Shown here: positions 48,755-61,547 of the stretch, one piece after another
How the letters are laid out: each line of letters begins with the position of its first letter
Numbering within the stretch: the first letter of the stretch is position 1
Assembly (NCBI RefSeq): GCF_963921235.1
Contig: NC_086100.1
Span: forward strand, 203,672,001-203,736,000
DNA length: 64,000 nucleotides
DNA from: Mobula hypostoma
Taxonomy: Eukaryota
Direction: 5' to 3'
Position numbers and translations under genes: made by a program
Notes under the pieces: generated by a model
What the model was told of the DNA's origin: nothing
Databases searched by the model: none
The model's input: the letters and a program-made list of their open reading frames with translations, nothing else

Positions 48755-51700
48755 TGTGACAGGGTCCTGAATTACCACTATAAACTGTGCTCGATTACTC
48801 CTATGAACTGTGCTTTTGAAAAGAGAGAGAGAGACGAAGAACTGACTAACTTTTGGGTTTCTGCTGAGCTCAGAGCTTGTAAGTCACTATGGTGACCGAG
48901 GGCAGCATTATTTGATGGACGATCGAAGTTATGATTTTTCGGCAGCGCGTTTATACTTCTCAAGGACACTTGCCTGCCTGTACATTTCTTACACAGTCAA
49001 AGGAAGGAGCAGTTATTTGAATGATGGTTCGTACTCAGTACGGTGAGATAAATAGGGGGTTAGATGATATAGACCTCGGACACATGTTCTGTACACTGAA
49101 TGAGCTTTGTTGTGCCCGCATGAGAAGTGGGTTTTTGGAGAATCAATCAGGCAGATCGATCAGTCGGTCTTGCAGTGTGAAAAGGCCGTGACTGGTCGGG
49201 AGTTGTCCATGTGTCTAACCCTTGCTTGAGTTGATAGCTCCACCACAGAAAACCAGTCCCCTTTGTTGTGGTCACAGTCGGTGACTTTTAGAAACATAGA
49301 AACATAGAAAATAGGTGCAGGAGTAGGCTATTCGGCCCTTCGAGCCTGCACCGCCATTTATTATGATCATGGCTGATCATCCAACTCAGAACCCCGCCCC
49401 AGCCTTCCCTCCATACCCTCTGATCCCCGTAGCCACAAGGGCCATATCTAACTCCCTCTTAAATATAGCCAATGAACTGGCCTCAACTGTTTCCTGTGGC
49501 AGAGAATCCCACAGATTCACCACTCTCTGTGTGAAAAAGTTTTTCCTAATCTCAGTCCTAAAAGGCTTCCCCTTTATCCTCGAACTGTGACACCTCGTTC
49601 TGGACTTCCCCAACATGGGGAACAATCTTCCTGCATCTAGCCTGTCCAATCCCTTTAGGATTTTATATGTTTCAATCAGATCCCCCCTCAATCTTCTAAA
49701 TTCCAACGAGTACAAGCCCAGTTCATCCAGTCTTTCTTCATATGAAAGTCCTGCCATCCCAGGAATCAATCTGGTGAACCTTCTTTGTACTCCCTCTATG
49801 GCAAGGATGTCTTTCCTCAAATTAGGGGACCAAAACTGCACACAATTCTCCAGGTGTGGTCTCACCAAGGTCTTGTACAACTGCAGTAGTACCTCCCTGC
49901 TCCTGTACTCGAATCCTTTTGCTATGAATGCCAGCATACCATTCGCCTTTTTCACTGCCTGCTGTACCTGCATGCCCACTTTCAATGACTGGTGTATAAT
50001 GACACCCAGGTCTCGTTGCACCTCCCCTTTTCCTAATCGGCCACCATTTAGATAATAATCTGTTTTCCTATTTCTGCCACCAAAGTGGATAACTTCACAT
50101 TTATCCACATTAAATTGCATCTGCCATCAAGTTCCCACTCACCCAACCTATCCAAGTCACTCTGCATCCTCTTAGCATCCTCCTCACAGCTAACACTGCC
50201 ACCCAGCTTCGTGTCATCCGCAAACTTGGAGATGCTGCATTTAATTCCCTCATCCAAGTCATTAATATATATTGTAAACAACTGGGGTCCCAACACTGAG
50301 CCTTGCGGTACCCCACTAGTCACTGCCTGCCATTCTGAAAAGGTCCCGTTTATTCCCACTCTTTGCTTCCTGTCTGCTAACCAATTCTCCATCCACATCA
50401 ATACCTTACCCCCAATACAGTGTGCTTTAAGTTTGCACACTAATCTCCTGTGTGGGACCTTGTCAAAAGCCTTTTGAAAATCCAAATATACCACATCCAC
50501 TGGTTCTCCCCTATCCACTCTACTAGTTACATCCTCAAAAAATTCTATGAGATTCGTCAGACATGATTTTCCTTTCACAAATCCATGCTGACTTTGTCCG
50601 ATCATTTCACCGCTTTCCAAATGTGCTGTTATCACATCTTTGATAACTGACTCCAGCAGTTTCCCCACCACCGACGTTAGGCTAACCGGTCTATAATTCC
50701 CCGGTTTCTCTCTCCCTTCTTTTTTAAAAAGTGGGGTTACATTAGCCACCCTCCAATCCTCAGGAACTAGTCCAGAATCTAACGAGTTCTGAAAAATTAT
50801 CACCAATGCATTCACTATTTCTTGGGCTACTTCCTTAAGCACTCTAGGATGCAGACCATCTGGCCCTGGGGATTTATCTGCCTTCAATCCCTTCAATTTA
50901 CCTAACACCACTTCCCTACTAACAGGTATTTCCCTCAGTTCCTCCATCTCACTGGACCCTCTGTCCCCTACTATTTCTGGAAGATTATTTATGTCCTCCT
51001 TAGTGAAGACAGAACCAAAGTAATTATTCAATTGGTCTGCCATGTCCTTGCTCCCCATAATCAATTCACCTGTTTCTGTCTGTAGGGGACCTACATTTGT
51101 CTTTACCAGTCTTTTCCGTTTTACATATCTATAAAAGCTTTTACAGTCCGTTTTTATGTTCCCTGCCAGTTTTCTCTCATAATCTTTTTTCCCCTTCCTA
51201 ATTAAGCCCTTTGTCCTCCTCTGCTGAACTCTGAATTTCTCCCAGTCCTCAGGTGAGCCACTTTCTCTGGCTAATTTGTATGCTTCTTCTTTGGAATTGA
51301 TACTATCCCTAATTTCTCTTGTCAGCCACGGGTGCACTACCTTCCTTGACTTATTCTTTTGCCAAACTGGGATGAACAATTATTGTAGTTCATTCATGCA
51401 ACCTTTAAATGCTTGCCATTGCATATCCACCGTCAATCCTTAAAGTGTCATTTGCCAGTCTATCTTAGCTAATACACGTCTCATACCTTCAAAGTTACCC
51501 CTCTTTAAGTTCAGAACCTTTGTTTCTGAATTAACTATGTCACTCTCCATCTTAATGAAGAATTCCACCATATTATGGTCACTCTTACCCAAGGGGCCTC
51601 TCACGACAAGATTGCTAATTAACCCTTCCTCATTGCTCAAAACCCAGTCCAGAATAGCCTGCTCTCTAGTTGGTTCCTGGACATGTTGGTTCAAAAATCC

Positions 51701-53086
51701 ATCCTGCATACATTCCAAGAAATCCTCTTCCTTTACCAATTTGGTTCACCCAATCTACATGTAGATTGAAGTCACCCATTATAACTGCTGTTCCTTTATT
51801 GCACACATTTCTAATTTCCTGTTTAATACCATCTCCAACCTCACTACTACTGTTAGGTGGCCTGTACACAACTCCCACCAGCGTCTTCTGCCCCTTAGTG
51901 TTATGCAGCTCTACCCATATCGATTCCACATCTTCCTGGCTTATGTCCTTCCTTTCTATTGCGTTAATCTCTTCTTTAACCAGCAACGCCACCCCATCTC
52001 CCCTTCCTTCATGTCTATCCCTCCTGAATATTGAATATCCCTGAACGTTGAGCTCCCATCCTTGGTCACCCTGGAGCCATGTCTCTGCGATCCCAACTAT
52101 ATCATAATCATTAATAACAATCTGCACTTTCAATTCATCCACCTTATTACGAATGCTCCTTGCATTGACACACAAAGCCTTTAGGCGCTCTTTTACAACT
52201 CTCTTTGCCCTTATACAATTATGTTGAAAAGTGGCCCTTTTTAATGCTTGCCCTGGATTTGTCGGCCTGCCACTTTTATCCTTCTCCTTAGTACCTTTTG
52301 CTTCTACCCTCACGTTACACCCCTCTGTCTCTCTGCACTGGTTCCCATCCCCGTGTTGTGAACTAACCTCCTCACGCCTAGCCTCTTTAATTTGATTCCC
52401 ACCCCCCAACCATTCTAGTTTAAAGTCACCTCAGTAACCCTCGCTAATCTCCCTGCCGGGATATTGGTCCCCCTCGGATTCAAGTGTAACCCGTCCTTTT
52501 TGTACAGGTCACGCCTGCGCCAAAAAAGGTCCCAATGATCCAAAAACTTGAATCCCTGCCCCCTGCTCCAATCCCTCAGCCACGCATTTATCCTCCACCT
52601 CATCGCATTCCTACTCTCACTGTCGCGTGGCACAGGCAGTAATCCCGAGATTACTACCTTTGCAGTCCTTTTTCTCAACTCCCTTCCTAGCTCCCTATAT
52701 TCTCCTTTCAGGACCTCCTCAGGATTTTGGAGGACAACAAGAAGATCGACGGGGTCAGCTCACCTGAAGACTCAAATCTCTCTCTCTTCTCTCCATCACT
52801 ACTCAACTCAACACCACGAACTGAATTGAACTGAACTTTACTCATCATCGTAAGACTGTATCTTTTTTACACCTAGACTTAAGGAAGCTTGATTTTTCAT
52901 ATATTTCCACACCTACTGATTTACTTACTTATAGATATAATCATTGCTAACCTGTTTGATTTATCTACATTTATATCATCGTATTGCGTAGTTACTAATT
53001 AATATTATTGGTTAATAGCAATACTGGACTCCAAGGTGTTTTCCCATCTCTGCTGGTTCTTTATTCCCGTCACGGGGTACGTGACA
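48755..53086 (+). mobile_element. Solo LTR (~900 bp net) split by a CR1 insertion
   Basis: TGTGACA...CGTGACA termini; 4-bp TSD CAAT (48751-48754 / 53087-53090); 3' end cacggggtacgtgaca resembles the reverse complement of the 24705 LTR terminus. Confidence 0.85.
49289..52718 (-). mobile_element. Young CR1 LINE (ORF1 esterase end, endonuclease, RT), few frameshifts
   Basis: ORFs 52415-52678 (KDGLHLNPRG), 51666-52409, 51440-51739, 50048-51379 (FADDTK) and 49386-50120; (TAGAAACA)n tail. Confidence 0.95.
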
Positions 53087-53254
53087 CAATATTGTAATTT
53101 TTCATATTTAGTGACAAGCGGAACTTAACCTCAGTCTCCCCTGTAACTCTTGGGATTGACTCGAACGTTGTTCTTGCCTTTAATGACGCCTTGTCCAGAC
53201 TTCTACCAGTGCTTGTACAGATAGCTCTCCGGGAAGTTGAGACTGAGAGGGTTT

Positions 53255-54080
53255 GAATTGAATTGAATTGACTTTATTTCTTACATCCTTCACATACATG
53301 AAGGTTAGGGTTAGTAATTTACACTAATTTATAATGAATAGAACAAACAATGTAACATAGAAATACACTCAACTCAGCGTGAATTAATCAGTCATATGTC
53401 CTGTTGGAAGAAGCTGTCACGGAACCTGCTGGTCCTGTGTTTGATGCAGCGGCACAGTTTTCTGGATGGTAGCAGCTGAAAGAGATTGTGGTTGGGTGAC
53501 TCAGGTCCCCAATGATCCTTCGGCCCGTCTTTGTAAATGCCCTGAATCATGGGAAGTTCACAACTACAGATGCGCTGGGCTGTCCGCACCACCCTCTCCA
53601 GAATCCTGCGATTGAGGGAAGTACAGTTCCCATACCAGGCAGTGATGCAGCCAGTCAGGATGCTCTCAATTTTGCCCCTGTAGAAAGTTCCTAGGACTTG
53701 GGTCCACTTACAAAACTTCCTCAACCATCTGCGATGAAAGAGGTGTTGTTGTGCCATTTTCACAACACAGCTGGTGTACAGGTCACATGACTTTCTCGGT
53801 AATGTGGATGCACAGGAACTTAAAGTTGTTTACCCTCTCAACCCCAGATCCTTTGATGTTAATAGGGGTTATCCCGTCTCTATTCCTCCTGTTATCCACA
53901 ACCTGCTCCATTGTCTTTCCGACGTTGAGGGAGATACTCTTTTCTTGACACCACTGTGTCAGAGAGAGGACTTCTTTCCTGCAGGCCACCTTGTTATTGA
54001 TTGAGATTAGGCCAATCAATGTAGTGTTGTCGGCAAATTTAATTAGCAGATTAGAGAGGCGGATGGAGACACAGTCATGA
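53255..54080 (-). mobile_element. Rex1/Babar-type LINE 3' fragment
   Basis: FYRGKIESILTGCITAWYGNCT...LERVVRTAQRI; LNVGKT...FKFL; (TTCAA)n tail. Confidence 0.85.
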
Positions 54081-54290
54081 GACTTTGTCGAGAGTTATCC
54101 CAGTGCTAGGAACAGGAAGCTCTCCAGGAAAGGGTGAGTGGGAGGTTTTTAATGGGATCTTGTCCAGAGTTGTCCCACTGCTTGGGACAGGCAGCTCTCC
54201 AGGAAGTGAGGCCGGTAGGGTTTTACTGGGACTTTGTTCAGATTTGTCCCAGTGTTGGGGACAGGCAGTTCTCCCGGAAGGTGAGACTGG
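54080..54290. repeat. ~73-bp tandem repeat, 3 copies
   Basis: ctt(t)gt..agagttgtcccagtgct(t)gggacaggcagctctccaggaag units. Confidence 0.75.
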
Positions 54291-55009
54291 GAGTGATTTA
54301 CATTGTAAAGTTCGTTTCTGATTTATTGATCAGAATAAACCCTTGGTCCTGTGTTTCACGTCTCCCTGTGGACTCAGTCACAGTCGCACTCTACTGCTTG
54401 CTGGTCAATAATTGGGTCTGATCACCTGAACAAGTGTCCATGGATTTGCTGACGAGAGGAATTGAACAGAACTGTGCTGTAGAATTAATCCATTAACGGA
54501 GCCACTCAGTCTCAGGTCACCAAGTTGTTCCTGCTTTTCCCCTGAGATCCGTCATAAATTGAGGCGTCATTTCGTCCCGAAGAAGGGTCTCAGCTGAAAC
54601 GAGAGTTTGTTGATCTACACGTATGCAGCCTGACCTGTTCAGTTCCTCCAGTATTTTGTGTGTGTTGCTCCCCTCTGTATCCCTTCTCGGACTCCACAGA
54701 TGCTGAGTTTCTAGAGGCCTGGTCAGTCACAGTTACATCAGTGAAACCGGCCCCATCAGCGACTGGAATCGGGATCAGCACCGATCATTGTTGTTCAGGT
54801 AGCTCGTTTTTATCGCAAATTTTTGCCCACACATCGTCTTATCTCCACTCTGAAAGAGGCAGGGCAGAGGCAGTGGGACCCGGGTCTGATGTTAGATCCA
54901 TAGCCGTTCACACAAACTCTCAGTGCTGATCTTTAGCTGAAACCCGCTCCCCTGTTAATTTCCGGAGAATGTGCTCAGTAATGCCCCGCGTCTCTCTCAC
55001 TCCCCCCGG

Positions 55010-55810
55010 TGAATTTAGTGTCGATTATGATGCGGTCCCGGGGAAGCTGCGGCTTCCCTACCTGCACCACTCTGTTGGCGATGGCAGCGGCCAATCTTCT
55101 GGCCATTGTCACCGAGGGCATTTTATATCAAATCAGATTCTATTACTTTAGGTGGAGTTTTTTGATTATCACCCCTGTGCAGAGTGTTATCGGTGTACTG
55201 AGGTTCACAGCCTCAGACTGTTCTGTCTGGTTCACCGTCACTTTCACCTTTGACCGGTTTGTCGCCATTCGCTGCCCGAAGCTGAAAACAAAATATTGCA
55301 GCGGAAAAACTGGCTGCTTCACATGGGAACCCAGGATGATAATCGGCAATGTGATCTCAGGGAGAATGTCTTCACTGACCCGTGGTGGGTAGGGTATGAT
55401 TGGCAGGATACGGTTTTAACTCCATTAATCGCTTTCGCTGTGATCCTGCTGCTCAACGCTCTGACAGTCGGACACATTTTAGTGTCCAGTCGGGTCCGTA
55501 AGGGGCTGAAGGGTCAGAGCAAAGGGGAGAACCGCAGTGACCCGGAGATGGAGAGCAGGAGGAGGTCTGTGCTTTTACTCTTCACTCTCTCCGGCAGCTT
55601 CATCCTCCTGTGGGTGACAAACGTTGTGACGTTCATTTGTAATCAGTTCTCAGGAAAAGGATACAATCTCAATGATTCTGAGTGGATCTTTACCTGCATC
55701 GGGTTTTTTGCTGAGGAACTTCAGATGCTGCACGAACACATTTCTCAGGTTATCAGTGCGGTGAAATATCCATTCACCTCGGTGTTTCAGTTCATTCGTA
55801 AAGCCGCGTC
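55010..55810 (+). pseudogene. GPR139-like GPCR pseudogene, exon 2
   Basis: NLVSIM.RSRGSCG...LAMAAANLL...DCSVWFTVTFTFDRFVAIRC.KLKTKYC; ILLLNALTV.HILVSSRVRKGL...DPEMESRRRSVLLLFTLSGSFILLW. TM4 and TM7 are deleted, there is a frameshift near 55310, and the acceptor reads CGG rather than CAG. Confidence 0.88.
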
Positions 55811-55934
55811 CCCAGCACAAGCCAGTGTCAGCTGCAGTATTTCCAGTCCGCACTCCGGTTCCTCACATTCACCGCCTGATCTCCGAGGTGTTATACCCGG
55901 GCGGATTGTCCCATCGACCGGCAACTGCGTGTGT

Positions 55935-55966
<32 letters not shown>

Positions 55967-56413
55967 TGGGGGGGGAGGAGTTTAAGGGCAGGAGATTCAG
56001 GGCATGAGTTTCAGGGCAGGAGATTCAGGGCAGGAGATTCAGGGCATGAGTTTCAGGGCATGTGTTTCAGTGCAGGAGTTTCAGGGCATGAGATGTGCTG
56101 TGTGTTTAATATCCAAATGTTACTTAAAACATGCCATCATATTGAACCTGCCAAAATGAACCACCTCATACTTATTTGGGTTGAACTCCATCTGCCACTT
56201 CTCAGTACAGTTTTGCATCCTATCAATGTCCCGTTGTAACCTCTGACAGCCCTCCACACTATCCACAACACCTCCAACCTTGGTGTCATCAGCACAATTT
56301 CTTAGTTAAATTATCATTTGATCCATCTGTAGAAATGGTTAACAGATCATAATGATTTTAATAATATACTGATGAATCAACAGAATCTTAGGCATAACAG
56401 AATCCTTATACTT

Positions 56414-57635
56414 CAGCGGCCCCCAGCCACCGGGCCGCGGAAAGGTGCCGGGCCGCAAAACATGTGCAACCGGGCCGCGAGGAAACGATATGAGTCAGCT
56501 GCACCTTTCCTCATTCCCGGTCACGCACTGTTGAGCTTGAACGCACGCGAGATCATTACGCGCGCGTCATCCATGTCAGCGCGGGAAGAAGATCAACTCC
56601 TCGACTTGCAAATGACGGTGGGCTGAAAAGTATGTTTGACATAACATCTCTGCCGGCATTCCGGGTCAAAGTCAAGGCTAAATATTCTGAGATAGTCACG
56701 AAAGCACTGAAAACATTGCTTCCATTTCCAGCATATCTCTGCAATGAAATGAATGCAACGAAAACCAAATTGCGGAATAGACTGGACATAAGGAACCCCC
56801 TTCGAGTATCGCTGTCTCCCATCACCCCTCGATAGGACCGTCTTGTTGCAGGGAAACAAGCCCAGGGCTCCCACTGATTCAGCGATATTGGTGTGTTGCA
56901 ATGATTTTGTATGTTCATACGGGGAAAATATGTGCTGTGTGTTTAATATCCAAACGTTACTTAAAACGTTATGATGCTATTGACTTATAAGTGACTTATA
57001 TAACCATATAACAATTACAGCACGGAAACAGGCTATGTCAGCCCTTCCAGTCCGTGCCGAACGCTACTCTCACCTAGTCCCACCGACCTGCACTCAGCCC
57101 ATAACCCTCCATTCCTTTCCTGTCCATATACCTATCCAATTTTTCGTTAAATGATAATATCGAACCTGTCTCAACCACTTCTACTGGAAGTTCGTTCAAC
57201 ACTTACTTCAAGCTCCCCTGTCCTCCCCTGATAATTGAATTATCACTATATTCAAGCGAGAAAATATGCGCTGTGTGTTTAATATTAAATTCGTTAGATA
57301 AACCCTTTTAGAAACGAAATTGAGTGTATTAACCACTTATTACCTATATTCCGGTTGTGATTAAACCGCCCCCCCCGGTACACAATCGTCAAAAACGATT
57401 TGTAGAAAAAAAATCGGCACTTTCACGCATGTGCAAATCACTCATGCGCACTGGTGCCCGCGCAAGGCTTCATGGTCATTGTAGTCTTTCTGGGATAAAC
57501 CCAACATATTTGACTGCTACTCTTGTCCATTGGCAACCCTAGACCACCCCCGGCCCCTCCACCCGGTCGGCCCGTCCGCAAGAATATTGTCAATATTAAA
57601 CCGGTCCGCAGTGCAAAAAAGGTTGGGGATCCCTG
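56414..57635 (+). mobile_element. hAT (Buster/Charlie/SCAND3-like) non-autonomous element with an embedded CR1 tail
   Basis: Termini CAGCGGCCCCCAGCC / GGTTGGGGATCCCTG; hAT dimerisation-domain tail KALKTLLPFP.YLC...TKTKLRNRLD...LRVSLS...KQAQGSH; CR1 3' piece at ~57000-57200. Confidence 0.8.
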
Positions 57636-57759
57636 CCTAACACGGTCTTCAAGGAGCTACAGCCGGATGCACCTCGTCTGGGTCTCCCAGTTCTCTAACA
57701 AAAGGAAACGAGTCAGAATGAGAATGGATAGTGACTGTCGCAAACAATAGAAAGTCTGC

Positions 57760-58912
57760 AGTCACGAAGGAAATGTCCTCTTTTTTCAAAGCAAGGGGCT
57801 ACCCTTCATCCACCATCAACGCTGTCCGCAACCGCATCCCTTCTATTTCACGCATGTCTGCTCTTACCGCACCCTCCTGCCACCCTACCCAAGTGTTCCT
57901 CGTCCGCACCTACCACCCCACCAGCCTCCGCCCCAGCACATAATTCACCGAAACTTCTGCCAACTCCATTTCGATCCCACCACCAAAGACATCTTTCCCT
58001 CCCACCCACATCCTACTTTCCACAGCGATCCATCCCTACGCCACTCCCTTGTCCATTCGTCGCAACGCCACTGATCTCCCTCCTGGCACTTATCCTTGCA
58101 AGCGAAACAAGTGCTACACCTATCCCTACACCTCCTCCCTCACTACCATTCAGGTCCCCAAACTGTACTTCCAGGTGAGGTGACACTTCCAGTTGGGGTC
58201 ATATACTGTGTTCGGTGCTCCCGGTGTGTCTCCCGTATATCAGTTGGATCCGGTGTAGATTGGGAGGCCATCGCCGAGCATCAGCGCTCCGTCCGCCAGA
58301 GCAAGCGGGACCTCCCAGTGACCACGCAAGTTAATTCCACTTCCCATTCCTGTTCCGATATGTCCACTGTCGTTATGAAGCCACAGTTAGATTGGAGGAA
58401 CAACACCTGCCTCCAACTCCTTCCCCCCCCCCACCCACCCACTTCAGCATTTCCTATCCCTTTTCCACTTCTCATGTTAACTTCTTGCCCGCTCACGGCC
58501 TCCTTCAGGTTCTCCTCCCCACTCTTCTTTCTTCCATGATCTTCTGTTTCTTTCACCAATCAACTTCCTTGATCTTTGCTTCATCCCTCTCCCTCTCTCT
58601 GGCATCCATCATGGTTCCACCTCTTTCTACTGCTCATTGTGCTTCCCCCTATTACTCCTTCACCTTTCCTGCCTATCACCTCCCTGCTTCCCCTCCGCCA
58701 CCCCTTGATCTTTCCCCCTAATGGTTTTTCACCTGGCACCTACCAGCCTTCTCCTTCACACCCTCCCCCCACCTTCTTTATAGGGCTCCTGCCCCTTCCC
58801 CTACAGAGCTGACGAAGGGTTCCGGCCCGAAACGTTGACTGTTCGTTTCCACGGATGCTGTCCGACCCGCTGAGTTCCTCCAGCATGTTGTGCGTGTTGC
58901 TTTGACCCCAGC
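57760..58912 (+). mobile_element. Decayed Penelope-like element 3' part
   Basis: FKARGYPSSTIN, VIYCVRCSRC and the same tail family as 29170-29460 in the opposite orientation. Confidence 0.85.
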
Positions 58913-58914
58913 AT

Positions 58915-61087
58915 AGACATAGAACATAGAATAGTACAGCACGGTACAGGTCCTTTGGCCCACAATGTTGTGAAGACCCTCAAACCCTGCCTCCCATATA
59001 ACCCCCCACCTTAAATTCCTCTGTATACCTGTCTAGCAGTCTCTTAAACTTCACTAGTGTATCTGCCTCCACCACTGACTCAGGCAGTGCATTCCATGCA
59101 CCAACCACTCTCTGAGTAAAAAACCTTCCTCTAATATCCCCCTTGAACTTCCCACCCCTTACCTTAAAGCCATGGCCTCTTGTATTGAGCAGTGGTGCCC
59201 TGGGGAAGAGGCACTGGCTATCCACTCTATCTATTCCTCTTAATATCTTGTACACCTGTATCATGTCTCCTCTCATCCTCCTTCTCTTCAAAGAGTAAAG
59301 CCCGAGCTCCCTTAATCTCTGATCATAATGCATACTCTCTAAACCAGGCAGCATCCTGGTAAATCTCCTCTGTACCCTTTCCAATGCTTCCACATCCTTC
59401 CTATAGTAAGGTGACCAGAACTGGACACAGTACTCCAAGTGTGGCCTAACCAGAGTTTTATTGAGCTGCATCATCACATCACGACTCTTAAACTCTATCC
59501 CTCAACTTATGAAAGCTAACACCCCATAAGACTTCATAAAGCTTTCAAAAGCTTTCAAAAGGCTAACCTTTTTTAAAAAAGGAGGGAGAGAGAAACCGGG
59601 GAATTATAGACCGGTTAGCCTGACGTTTGGTGGTGGGGAAACTGCTGGAGTCAGTTATCAAAGATGTGATAACAGCACATTTGGAAAGCGGTGAAAGCAT
59701 CGGACAAAGTCAGCATGGATTTGTGAAAGGAAAATCATGTCTGACGAATCTCATAGAATTTTTTGAGGATGTAACTAATAGAGTGGGTAGGGGAGAACCA
59801 GTGGATGTGGTATATTTGGATTTTCAAAAGGCTTTCGACAAGGTCCCCCACAGGAGATTAGTGTGCAAACTTAAAGCACACGGTATTGGGGGTAAGGTAT
59901 TGGTGTGGGTGGAGAATTGGTTAGCAGACAGGAAGCAAAGAGTGGGAATAAACGGGACCTTTTCAGAATGGCAGGCAGTGACTAGTGGGGTACCGCAAGG
60001 CTCAGTGCTGGGACCCCAGTTGTTTACAATATATATTAATGACTTGGATGAGGGAATTAAATGCAGCATCTCCAGGTTTGCGGATGACACGAAGCTGGGC
60101 GGCAGTGTTAGCTGTGAGGAGGATGCTAAGAGGATGCAGGATGACTTGGATAGGTTGGGTGAGTGGGCAAATTCATGGCAGATGCAATTTAATGTGGATA
60201 AATGTGAAGTTATCCACTTTGGTGGCAAAAATAGGAAAACAGATTATTATCTGAATGGTGGCCGATTAGGAAAAGGGGAGGTGCAACGATACCTGGGTGT
60301 CATTATACACCAGTCATTGAAAGTGGGCATGCAGGTACAGCAGGCGGTGAAAAAGGCGACTGGTATGCTGGCATTTATAGCAAGAAGATTTGAGTACAGG
60401 AGCAGGGAGGTACTACTGCAGTTGTACAAGGCCTTGGTGAGACCACACCTGGAGTATTGTGTGCAGTTTTGGTCCCCTAATCTGAGGAAAGACATCCTTG
60501 CCATAGAGGGAGTACAAAGAAGGTTCACCAGATTGATTCCTGGGATGGCAGGACTTTCATATGAAGAAAGACTGGATGAACTGGGCTTGTACTCGTTGGA
60601 ATTTAGAAGATTGAGGGGGGATCTGATTGAAACGTATAAAATCCTAAAGGGATTGGACAGGCTAGATGTAGGAAGATTGTTCCCCATGTTGGGGAAGTCC
60701 AGAATGAGGGGTCACAGTTTGAGGATAAAGGGGAAGCCTTTTAGGACCGAGATTAGGAAAAACTTCTTCACACAGAGAGTGGTGAATCTGTGGAATTCTC
60801 TGCCACAGGAAACAGTTGAGGCCAGTTCATTGGCTATATTTAAGAGGGAGTTAGATATGGCCCTTGTGGCTAAAGGGATCAGGGGGGTATGGAGGGAAGG
60901 CTGGTGCAGGGTTCTGCAGCCATGATCATACTGAATGGCGGTGCAGGCTCGAAGGGCCGAATGGCCTACTCCTGCACCTATTTTCTATGTTTCTATGTTT
61001 CTATAGCTACCCTATCCACCTGTGAGGCAACTTTCAGGGATCTGTGGACATGTACCCCCAGATCCCTCTGCTTCTCCACATTACCAA
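58915..61087. mobile_element. CR1 3' end (minus strand) with a nested young + strand CR1 (~59560-61005)
   Basis: ORF 58980-59477(-); uninterrupted 432-aa RT ORF 59627-60925(+); the host copy resumes at ctaccctatccacctgtgagg. Confidence 0.93.
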
Positions 61088-61412
61088 GCTGTCGGGTTGA
61101 CTGCACAAATGTGAGGAGCCCAGTGCTTGTCTTGGTCACCAACGTTACATCCGAAGTAGAGCTGATAGGCTTTCTTAATAAGTGCAGTCATGGTGCGGCT
61201 GTGAGCCCTAAGCATATACTCACCACAGATGTAACACAGCTGTTGCGACATTGACGAGACATCTCTGCTGTATTAAATATTCCTGAAGACAATAAATCCT
61301 ATTGTTAAGTATACTCACTATTGCCTGAACCACATGTGCATAAACATGCGTCCAAACAGCATCTGTAAACGTGAGCAGCTCTACAGCCTGTCTGCCAGCA
61401 TCTAACCTGACT

Positions 61413-61432
61413 AAGCATGCCCAGGCATGCTT
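61413..61432. promoter_or_regulatory. Perfect p53-family response element
   Basis: AAGCATGCCC AGGCATGCTT = two RRRCWWGYYY half-sites with zero spacer. Confidence 0.55.
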
Positions 61433-61547
61433 AAGATTCTTCAGGACTGGAAAGGAAGGGAGGGAGTAAGAATATGGGGGGAGGTGAGGTGATAGGTGAA
61501 ACCGGGAGATGGGGAGTTGACTGGTGAGAGAGATAAAGGGCTGGAGA

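Noticed and set aside
56406..57643. 8-bp target-site duplication for the hAT element
   Set aside because: Flanks TTATACTT and CCTAACAC do not match.
59627..60925. 432-aa RT ORF as a domesticated gene or retron-like system
   Set aside because: 5'-truncated CR1 with its normal 3' tail, near-identical to another copy in the window.
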